DNA of 64,000 nucleotides. It comes from Peribolospora baueri (lineage: Eukaryota). The stretch lies in the NCBI GenBank assembly GCA_029717555.1, contig JAMDHS010000074.1:1-64000 (forward strand), read 5' to 3'. Shown piece after piece: positions 24,184-34,687 of this stretch. The notes beneath the pieces were generated by a model. That model made no database searches. It saw only the letters and a program-made list of their open reading frames with translations, and was not told where the DNA came from. Position 1 is the first letter of the stretch. Every line of letters starts with the position of its first letter. The translations under genes were made by a program, and so were the position numbers.

Positions 24184-25165
24184 GCGCGCCTCATGTTGGG
24201 CGCATACCGCACCTCCCCTATCAGTGTCCTCTACTTCGATGCCGACCTCCGTCACGGCTTCCTCCGTCTCCATAAGGCCGCGGCAGAGGAGGATTGCCGA
24301 GGGCACTGATAGGGGAGGTGCGGTATGCGCCCAACACGAGGCGGGCGGCTAGACGTTGCACTCTGTCGATGTTATGTTGCATGGCCGGAGGGGTCTTGGG
24401 TAGCCACTGGAGGACAGCGTAGTCGGTGATCGGCGTGATAACTGAGAGGAACAGCCGTCGGAAGTGTCGTAGGGAGAGTCCCCATGTCGTGCGCGCTAGC
24501 GATGACGAGGCCATGAGTGCTCGTTGCCCCTTGGCACTCGCGTACCGGACGTGATCGTGCCAGAGGAGGCCTTCATCCAGGATGACGCCCAGGTACTTTG
24601 CTGATGGGACTTGCCGTATCCGGGAGCCGGCAAAGGAGATGGTAAGGTGATCATCGTTCCTGCTCGTTCCCGGCGGGACGAAGACTACGAGCTGCGGTTT
24701 TGAGGGATCGAAACGGGCTCCGTGTCGTTCGGCCCAGTCTCCGCGCCCCGGGCAAAGCGTTCGAGGCGGTAAGCTGCGATCGCCTCGGTCGGGCCCCGCG
24801 CGTGAAGGGCGACGTCATCAACGTAGCCTATCGCACTGGCGTTGTTCGCAGCCCTACGACGTCGGCTTTGTAGAATAGGAAGAGGACTGGGGAGAGAGGA
24901 AGGCAACATGGCAGAATACCACCGCCCCCGGAGATAGGAACTCATTCTGAGGGTGGTGGTGCGGTCAGAGAGCCACTTTCTGCCATGTTGCCTGGAGGTG
25001 GGAATATCCCAAGGTTCTCCTCTCTCCCAGTCCTCTTCCTGTTCTACAACGCCGACGTCGTAAGGCTGCGAACAACACACGCCGGTGCGATAATCTACGT
25101 TGATGTCGTCGCCCTTAGTGCGCTGATCTCGACAGAGGCGATCGCAGCTTACCGCTTTGCCCGAA
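24184..25165 (-). mobile_element. Degenerate non-LTR (LINE, Tad1-like) reverse-transcriptase fragment with inverted duplicated ends
   Basis: Minus strand: KWLSDRTTTL, IGYVDDVAL, KYLGVILDEGLLWHDHV, WGLSLRHFRRLFLSVITPITDYA, VQRLAARLVLGAYRTSP, with frameshifts. Plus-strand copies of LFLFYNAD...YVDV and GAYRTSP. Confidence 0.88.
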
Positions 25166-25681
25166 TGCCGCAGCGTCCCCCGTCGACGAATGCCGCAGCG
25201 TCGTTCGGTCCCGCAACGGCGACCTGGCCGGCAAAGAGCGGGCGAAAGCGGCGATCGGCCGGCACCGCCTCGTGGCTCCGCCAGGACGCCCATAGATGCC
25301 GTCGCGGACGGCGCAGACGAGGGCGGACCATCGTCGTGGACAAGGACAAGGACAAGGACATAGATATATCTAAGGCAACGACAACGGCAACGAAAGGCTT
25401 GGGATCGCACACCGCCAAGGACCGACGACGGCCAAGTCGCAATAGGTGCGCCGACAACAAGCAAATCTCACCCACGTCCGCCGCTGCCACCTTGAGCGCC
25501 TGCCTTTCTATCGGCAGCCCCGGCCGCGCTGCGATCGACCTCAGCGAACGTGACGTGGGCCGCTCCGACCGTCCCCATCTCCTTCACACACCACCACCAT
25601 CACACATCGCCCTTCCTCCCTACCCTTCACGCCCCTTCCCCCTCCTCTCTCCTCTCTCTCGACTTTGCCCCGACAGCCGCC

Positions 25682-28600
25682 ATGGCGCCCACCGCAGCCT
25701 CGCTGACGATCAGCCTCCCGCTGACGTTCGCAAACTCCTTCTGGACGTCGCCTGACTACCGCCGGGGTGTGCAGACGCTTTACGGAAAGCTCCAACAGGG
25801 CGTGGAGGAGGACGAGGAGCTCATCGGGTTCATTCAGGTGAGTACGGGTCCGGACCGGAGGCGGGGCATCGTGGAGCCGCATGACTGGGATACGGGCCAG
25901 GCGAGCTCTCGCAGGTCTTGACGGCGCCGCGATGAACGGACGAGTGGGCGCCGGCGCTCAGTTCGCTTGCTCACCTCAAGCTCCTTTTCCTCCTCTTGCT
26001 CCTTCAAACCCTTCGTTACCACAGTACCGGGCTGATCTCGAGTTCCAAGCCTCCGAGTCCCTCTCTACTCCGCCCCCGCAACCGTCGTTTTCCGCCTCTG
26101 TCCTTCCTCCATCCGACCCTTCTTCCGGCCCCCTCGCCCTGATCTCCGGCGGCAGCGGCGGCCGCCGCGGCTTCTCCTCCGCCACCACCCCCTCGCCTCT
26201 CTCCTTCGTCTTTCGTTCCCTTCTCACAGAGTCCGTGTCTGCCCAGGCCAACGCCCACGCCAAGGCCGCCAGGGACCTCGACCGGCTCGTCGTGGAGCCC
26301 TTCCGCAAGTGGAGTGCCGAGCACAAGGCGAGGTTGGAGGCAAGCTGGAAGTTTGTACATGAGCAGCTGGAGAGGTACGAGAGGATGGAGGTGGAGACGG
26401 TCAAGTTGAGGAACGTGTACGAGGCCAAGTGCCGTGCCGCTGACGAGGTGGGCCTCATCTTCGTCCGTCGCCTTATCGCCTTACTCGCCCGATCAACAAC
26501 GTCCATCGTCCTTTGCCTCCTTTATTATGCTCACCTTGCTCCTTCAACGTTTGTTTGCTTCCTTCCAACCACAGGCTGAGGATGATGCTCGGTTCGCCCC
26601 TAATGCAGACACCTTCACGCCCCCTTCCTCGGGCCGCTGGGATCAGCCCGGGTTCGGCGACGATGAGAAGACGCTGGCCTCGCCCGGAACTGCCTCCGAA
26701 GCGTCCTCTCATACACTGGCGACCAAAGAGGCCGACGACCCTGAGGCCCGCCAGCGCCGGGAAAAGCTGCGTGCCCAGTTCGGCTTCAGTTCCCGTTCGA
26801 AGGAGAGGAGGGCGACGACGGCCTCTGAAAGTGCAGCAGGGTCGGCGACCAGCCTTGGGAGGGCGAACACCACCATCTCCACCCGTTCTCTCGAAAAGTC
26901 GCCCGTCGGCCGCGATCGCTCTGCCTCGGCTTCGCACGCCCCTGGCCCGGCAAAGGTCAAGGTGTCCTCCGGTTCCCCCCCTCCGCTCGTCTTCCCCTTC
27001 GGCCCAACCCTCCCGGCCAGGCACGTCTCCGCGCTTCTAGCCCAGCTTCAAGCCGAGGTGGCTCCGCGCAGCGTATCCGTTCCCATCCTGGGCACGTATG
27101 ACGACGTCAGGACTGGGGAGGAGATCGCCCACTGGATCGTCCAGACTTGGCCCGGCGTCGCTCATCGCCGCACAGTATCTACTTCGGATGGCGGAAAGGC
27201 CGTAAAGGAGACCGTGGAAAAGGATGGTGACAAGACGGACGGCGCTGGCGAGACGGAGAAAGAGGAGGAAAAGCCCATTGCAGCTCCGCCGCCCCCCGCG
27301 GCGGACGAGGACGACGCGGTGGAACCGCTGGACAAGGCGGCGGCGATCGGCGATGTGCTCTGCTCCGAGCTGGATTGCTTCCGTCTTGTCGGAGGTCTCG
27401 GGAACCGATTCCACGCGAACCCCACGAGTTACTATCAGTTCAAGCCGCACGCGTTCGACCTCGAGAGCGAGCTGGACCGTCACGCTTCCGAGCAACAGCG
27501 GAGTGGTGGCGGCGACGCCGACGACGACGACGAGGGCCGTCTCTCGTCACCGGTGGGAGGTGCAAGCGGTTTGAAGCGCAGCGTGACGATCTCCTCCTAC
27601 CTCTCCTCTGCTCTCTCGCGCGCCTCGTCCGTCCGAAACAACCTTCTCGCCCAGGTCGCCAACGCCAGCACGGGAGGCGAGCTCGCCCACGTCCGTGCCC
27701 GCCGCGAGGCGCTCGCCGCCGACAGCTCTTACCGCAGTTTCGTGCGCCGCCTCGATCGTCAGCGTCTAGCGCTCGAGGAGGTGCTCATGGAACACTACGG
27801 CCTCGCCCAGAGATGGGAGCTCGACCGTCTCCGCGCCGTTAAGGCCGTCCTCCTCTCCTACAACGCCTCCCTCGCCGGTGTGGTGCCAGCGCTGAAAGAG
27901 AGCGCGGAGCGGAGCGGGACGCTGCAGGAGAGCCTCGAGCCCGAGAAGGACCTCCGCGGGTTCATCGAGGCGTACCGCACCGGGCCTTACCGCCCTTCCG
28001 CCAAAGTCTACCGGTCCTTCTACCACGACGAGGCGCAGAGCGGCGCTGGCGTGTTCGGCATCGACCTTCGCGAGCGATACCGCTACGCCGCCCCCGTCCC
28101 CGGAACGAGCGGAGAGAGAGGCCTTCCTCCGATGCCTGGCGCCGAGGCCGCGACCGCCGGCAAGACTGAGGTTCAAGGGAACGACAAGGCTGCCGTCGCC
28201 ATGGTCAGGACCGTCGAGCCGCCCGTGGTCATTAGGGCCCTCTTGGCTGCTCTCGATGCCGCTTATGCCAAGTTGCCTAACGACAATCGTAAGTTCTTTT
28301 TTCGTCCTGTCTCAGCCTTCCCCAATCTCCCGCCACCTTGGGGAATTTTTTTCATGAACTAAATCGTTCGTCCGTCCGTCCTCCGACTTATCCAGAACGC
28401 CGAAAGACTTGGATCTACGAAGTGCCTCTCACCTCGACGCACCATCTCCGCGAGGCGATCAACGATCTCCCTCGTCCCTCTTCGGAGGTGCCGTTGGAGC
28501 TGCTCAGCAGGTACGACGCGCCCGTTCTCGCGAGCGCTGTCAAGCTTTGGATGCTCGAGCTCGAGCCCCCCTTGGGTCTTTACGAAAACTGGGAAGACGT

Positions 28601-29989
28601 CGCTAGGGTGTATCCCACCGGTGAGTGGAACGGCTGGCATCTTGCCTCGCTGTTCGGTTACTTTGTCCGCGTCCACTGATGAGCCATTTTCTAAATTATC
28701 TTCCTCGTCGCCTTGACCTCCAGTGGGAGCGGATTCGAACACGTCGACGATAGAAGACCTCAAGATCATCCTTGCCAAGCTCCCCAAAATCCACCTGGTG
28801 ACTCTCAACGCGGTCATCGAGCACCTTCAGAAGCTCGCCGCTGAGACCAAGACGGACGAATCAGACGAGATGTACCTGTCCAAGCTCGGGTTGAGCGTCG
28901 GGAGAAGTGAGTTGGCCGCCCACGCTTAGGGCCGTTATGTAGCTGGGCCAGAGACGTCTAGAGGCGGTGCTGAGCGTTTCTTCTCGTCCCATCTCGTCTC
29001 CAGCCATCCTTCGCCCACAGGTGGAGACGCCGGTGACGATCAACGCCAAGCACCCGACGCTGTTCCTCATCGACTTGATCCAGAACCGCGAGGCCATCCT
29101 TCCGCCCGTGATCGAGCGCAAGAACCGCGACTCGGAGCAGGCGCGCCACCGTCCGATCCGGAAGCGCACCGCCCCCGTCGACCAGCGCATCTCGAGGAAG
29201 CTCCTTTCCAACGACACCGAGAGTGGCGTCAGCTTGCTTCATGCTCAGACGATCGGCAGGCACGGTCACAGTCGCGAGCCGAGCATGGATGGGGAACCTC
29301 CGGTGCGGCAGGCGCCGGTGATCGCAGAGCCAGAGGAGGGAGAGTCCCTGCCTCCGCCGCCGCCTCCGCCTTCGAACAGTGAGAAGCCCGTGCTTTCTTC
29401 CCTCTCCATCGCCAGCTCGGCCCTCACCGGCGAAGGAGGAGAGGCAGCTACTCAGCCAGGCATCGCGCCTCCCGCGCTCGTTGAGCAAGCGCCCACGCCT
29501 ACGGTACAGACTATGCTGGAGGCCATCGCTGCGGCCGCGGGCGGAGAAGAGACTCTGGCTGGTGTGGACGCGGATGACGTACCGCTGTCTCAAGGCGCCA
29601 GTCTCTCTCGTCACACCACCGGCTCCGGCTCCAGCTCCGGCAGCTCTCGTGTTCGCGGACCCCGCTCCTCTCGTGGTCCCCGAGCCTCCATCACCGGCCC
29701 CGGCGCGGGCGGATCCCCTTCGCACGCCCGCGGAGCCTCTGAGGCGACCGCAGCCATCTCGCGGCCCGATTTGTCCTCGTCTAGTAATCCCTACCGAGCC
29801 AGTGTCGCCGGACACCCCGGTAGCGGCCTGAAGCCGGTCAACTTGAGCGAGTACAGGCCGAGGGGAAAGCGTGAGCACGGGGTGAGCGCGAGCAAGTTCA
29901 CTTCGGGCAGGAGGCCGAGTTGGAGTCGGACGGTGGCGAGCGGGGACGAGGACGAGGTGATGGGCAGGGCCGCTGGCGAGGAGGAGTGA
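25682..29989 (+). CDS. RGD2: F-BAR(FCH)-DEP-RhoGAP protein, Rgd2/Rga8-like
   Basis: LPLTFANSFWTSPDYRRGVQTLYGKLQQG, YRSFVRRLDRQRLALEE, WELDRLRAVK, YRTGPYRP, RRKTWIYEVPLTSTHHLRE, ASAVKLWMLEL, RKRTAPVDQR. Confidence 0.85.
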
Positions 29990-30964
29990 TGTGATCGGTG
30001 GTGACAGAAGACTTGCGCGACCAACCACGCCGGTGGAGAGCTAGACGCCTGCTTTTCTCCCCTTTATATGACGAGATCTCTTTCACTTTCGCTGCCCCGT
30101 ACTTTTCTTCTTTTGCCCGAATCGGACGCGCCGGCTTCGTTGCGCCTTTCGATCGTCTTTTCTGCATCGGTTATTGCGTTCTCTCGGCTTTCAACTGATG
30201 CAATACGAATCGAATCTGCTAACGCGTGGCATGTGTATGAAAACTAAACGGCTGGCCACAAAGGCGCACGGCGAAAGTCGGCGAGCGTTTGGGTGTGCTT
30301 TTCTCGTTGAGATGCAGGCGAGCGAGGGTATGTATGGCCCAAGGTCTGTTCTGTTCTAGTCTGTCGTCTTCTTCTGCCGTCGTAACCTGTCCAAGACCCG
30401 CTCGACCGCTGAACGAAGCCCTCCAGACGGCGTTCGTCCCCTACCCGTCCGTCCTAAAAAAAAAAAAAAAACGCGTCCCGTCCAGCTGGACGTGTCTCCC
30501 TCCGACCAGTTCTTTCCTTTCCGTCCACGTGGCGTCGTCATTCATAACAAGGTTGAAGGGAATCCTGGCTGGACATAAATAACAACCATGTGCGATGCAA
30601 GACGCGGCAGCGGCGGGGCAGACGTGCGCGGGAAGGCGGAGGAAGGGGGTATGGTACGGGGATAGGAGGAGGCGAACTAGCGAAGCGTGTCATCCTCGGA
30701 GCGTCGAAGCGAAGGGGGAAGAAGAGCTACAGCTATAGGAGGCGGGGTCGGGTGAAAGAGTAAAAGTTGGATTCGGGAGCGCAATGCGAGCGCCAATCCG
30801 TTGACAAGGTATGAACCGGGCGGTGAAGGGATGACGACCTCGGGGCGGTGATAGACATGTACGAGCCAAAAAAGCCGAGCGAAGAGGTATGGGTGGCGGA
30901 CGGGAAGCGGAACGGCGAAATGAACCAAGCTTCGAAAGAAGACGAGCCAAACGGCAAAATGCGA

Positions 30965-33900
30965 TCAGGTCGGTAGGAACTTCTGGCTCTCCTCGTACAT
31001 GCCCTCTCCGTCGTATGTGACTGGAATACCGAAAAAAAAAGAGCAGTCAGGCCCCTTTGATTGAGCTGGCGGTACAAATTGCGCTCAAAAGCTCGGGCTG
31101 AGTGAGAGGCCGAGATAAGCTTGGTACTCACAAATGGCAATCCCGGCGACGATGGCGGTGGACAGGAGCAGCAGAGAAAAGAAGAGCCAGATCATCGCCC
31201 AAGCTGCGAAGGCATCCGACGGTCACACCAAGATAGGACGGTATGTTCAGTGTTCCATGCAAACGAAGGAGACACATTGCTTCGCGCCGTCCGACATTGA
31301 CATACCTTGTGGCGGCAAATTGATGATTCGAGAAAACATGGATGCGTCCGATTCGTTCTCCTTTCCGAAGACAAAGTCGTCCAGACTGGGTAGAATCCGA
31401 AGTAAGCGGTTGGGGGGGGGGGGGGTGGAAGGGTTGTCCGAATACGGTCAGAAAGACAGAAGGCTCTGGCGAGAATGAAAAGGCGAAAGGCTACTCACAT
31501 GTCCCATACGACGTACAACGTCGACATAACTCCGATGAAGAGAATATAGTATCGCAGAGCCGCACTGCAGGGGAAAATTAGAAGACGAAACGGGACGTCG
31601 TCAAGCCGAGTGAGCGAGCCTGAGCGTCGCCGGAGGAGGGGAGCACGAGGACAAGGGCGACCCGCGGAGCTCAATCGCAACTCACGCGTGCCCGAGGAAC
31701 CACAGAGCGACCATGAACGCAGCGGCGAGGAAAACGAGGACTTGCGTGACGATGCCGCGGGACCACCAGAAGACGACGATCCAGAGCAGGCCGATCACGA
31801 AGCTGGCCACCTTGCTCGCTTCTGTGTCAAATCCGACCATCACCAGCACGGCGCCTCCGATCGCTGAACCGAGGTAGCCCGCACAGAGGGTGATGATGGG
31901 TATGCCTTCGGTCTGGATTGAGGGCAAGGGAAGTCGGAACAGAACAAAAGATGGGTCGAAAGGAAAGAGACGGGGAGAGGACGATCAGTCGACGATTCGA
32001 CTTTGAACCAGCAGATAGGCGGAAAACCCACCATTTTAGTCATCCCACCATGCTCGGGGTCGATGGTAATACTCTCGATACGCGCTCCCGTGCAGGCGCC
32101 CACGGCGGCGTGACAGAACTCGTGGAAGCCCACGACCAGGAGCTGTGGAGCGAGGGAAAGGAAGCGATGAGGGAGGAAGAAAGATAAGCAGGAGATGTAA
32201 AGTAAGCCTCCAGCTATGCTTCGTCGCAGTTACTAAGTGTGAAGCTCGTCCTAGCCATTCCAGCTGCGCCAAATAGCTCACCTTGAAGGGGAGCAGGAGC
32301 TGGCGCAGGATCTGTAGGTAGAAGGAACGGGGGAATAGAAAAGCCGTGGTGGTGACGGGTAATAACGTGAGCGACGCGACCAGGTCCTTGCCGAACTCCC
32401 TCCACCTCGTCCCTGTTACTGCTTCATCTCCCGCCACCCAACTCGACCCAAAGCCCACTACCTCCCTTCCAGCCAAACACAGCAAAAGAGGGGAACAAAA
32501 GAGGCTCACGAAAAGATTCCACCCGACCAAGATGGCGACGGCCATGATGGCGATGGCATATACCGTCGCGATCTGAGTCTTGTTAGGGTGGCCCAGCCCG
32601 CCGGTCTTGTCCGCCTGAGTGGGCCCCTCGGTCGCAGACTCGGCGGCGGAGCTCGTGGTGAGCTGGGGACCGCCCCCTGTAGGGGTGGGTGTGGGAGTTG
32701 AGGCAGGAACGACGCTAGTAATAGTGGTGGCGCTGGTGATAGTGGTAACGAGCTACGATATCGGCAGGAAAAAAAGCGATAGTCAGCACATCAGTTTAGG
32801 AGATGGAACGGTGTGCTGTAGGGGTTGACTTTGCGTCCTCGTTCTCGTCAAGTTGTGTTGGGCGGTCCGTGCAAAGCTGCTGTCGCACGGACCAAGTTCC
32901 GCAGGCGGCGATAGGCACGACGAGAGTACACTCACATTGGACGATGTGGAAGTGGTCGTGACGGTGGTGACGACTATGACCGTACTAGTGGGTGTGGCCG
33001 CCGGAGAGCGTAGCACTTGAGGAGAGCACCGATAGAGAGAAGGTAACGAGCAAGTTAGCGCGGGTTCAGAGCGACGAACCGCAATGCACAGGAGCCGCCA
33101 CAGAAGCGAGCGAAGCTAGCAGAGCAAAAACGGTACGGCACGGTACGGCATAAAACAGCGAAGAAGAGAAGGACCAGATTCAACCACAGGCTCATTTGTC
33201 CACCACCATCTCTTCCTCATTCCCCTGGTCTTCCCCTCCTCCGGCTCGCGCTCCTCCGCCTCTGCGCCGTCTCGTTTCCATGGCTCGGCCGTGCAAGCGG
33301 GGATGAGGGCAATGGCGGAAGGAGTCAGAGACTCGTAGAAGGAGGAGGCGGGCTCATGAGAAGAAGAAAGGTGGGGAGGACCAGAAAGGGCTGTAGCGGG
33401 AGATCGAAAGTGATCGGCGCAGGCAGGGACAGGCGCGGCAGAAGGCATGGCCAAACCCGAATCGAGGCACGAACGATACGAAACCAAACCGCAACGCGGG
33501 TCAGATGGCGCGGCCGCATCATGCCCACCCAGTCTTTTTGGCCACGCTTGTCGGGCGGCCACCGACTTGCCGTCGACGTCGAACCACTCTGGGCGGCCGG
33601 CATCCGAGCCGCCATTGTTGTGAGGACCACCTCGGTAGTCATAGGTGACTGGCAGTTCGGCATCATCGGCGTCCCCTCCTGCGACGCCCGCGTGAGGATG
33701 GGGAGCGACGAGCCACCAGGGCCGTCTTTTCCCTCCTTCATCGTGTCGTACCTCTTCCTCGCCGTCGGCGGCCGCGGACCTTTCTGCGACCGGTAATGAC
33801 GGATCAGGGTCAGAGGGCGACGCGGACGGCTCGGCGCCGCCGAGGTCGTCAACGAAGAACAGCTGGAGCCCGTCATGGGCAGCGTTCCCGTCTCCCGCGG

Positions 33901-34039
33901 CGGCGGCGGCGGCCGATGGTGCTGGCGGTGATAGTGGTGGTGGGTTCCAGCTGAGTGAGGAGGGGCCTGGGGCTGGAAAGGAGACCGGAGAAAGGAAAGA
34001 AGAGGCGAGGGGAGACAGACACGAGGTCAGTGCGGGCAT
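30965..34039 (-). CDS. Peptidase M50B-like membrane metalloprotease with Ser/Thr-rich N-terminal extension
   Basis: FHEFCHAAVGACTGARIESITIDPEHGGMT (HExxH), TLCAGYLGS, LRYYILFIGVMSTLYVVWD, SDASMFS, ending YEESQKFLPT*. Joining the 33116-34039 ORF as exon 1 is inferred from a branch point and acceptor at about 33016. Confidence 0.8.
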
Positions 34040-34687
34040 GGCTCGAGCATGCTCCGCTTGACGGCGTGGGGAGGGGGATGGGATGGGTAGCGCGGGTGGG
34101 AGTGGTATGTATCTAGTGTAGGCGTGAAGGCGGGAAGAGAGCGGGTGGATGAAACAGGGCAGGAACGCGATGGTTAAATGAAGAGGAATGTTTGAAGAAT
34201 GGATGAGGGGAGGAGGGAGAGTAGAAGAGGTGGCTGGTCAACACGGGGAACGACGCGACACTGCCGACGCGCACGTTCGGATTCAACATCTACCCCGCGC
34301 GACGGTCGCCGATCACCGATCACCGATCACCCTCGCACCATCGCCGCCCCGTCCCTCGTCGTCGCACCCCGCTCTCGTCCGCCGTCACCGCTCCCGTTGA
34401 CGTTGACCAAGTTGGAGGAGTGGAGCACAAGGCCAGGCTCAGAATCGTGAAAACGAACGGTAACCAGTGACAGTCATCTGCTTTCAGGCGAGCCTCGGCT
34501 TACGCGATCATCGACGCGTTGGTCCGGCCGGGTGCGCACGTGAGGGAAGCAAGCCGAGCGAGCACACTGTCAAACACTGGGTTCTCGCTCATCGGACAGG
34601 CGTAGCATTCGTACAAGAGACGACGACAACATGGGATAAACAACGGGAGCGTGATTCCGCTCGGACCTTTTGTACCAAATGCCATCT

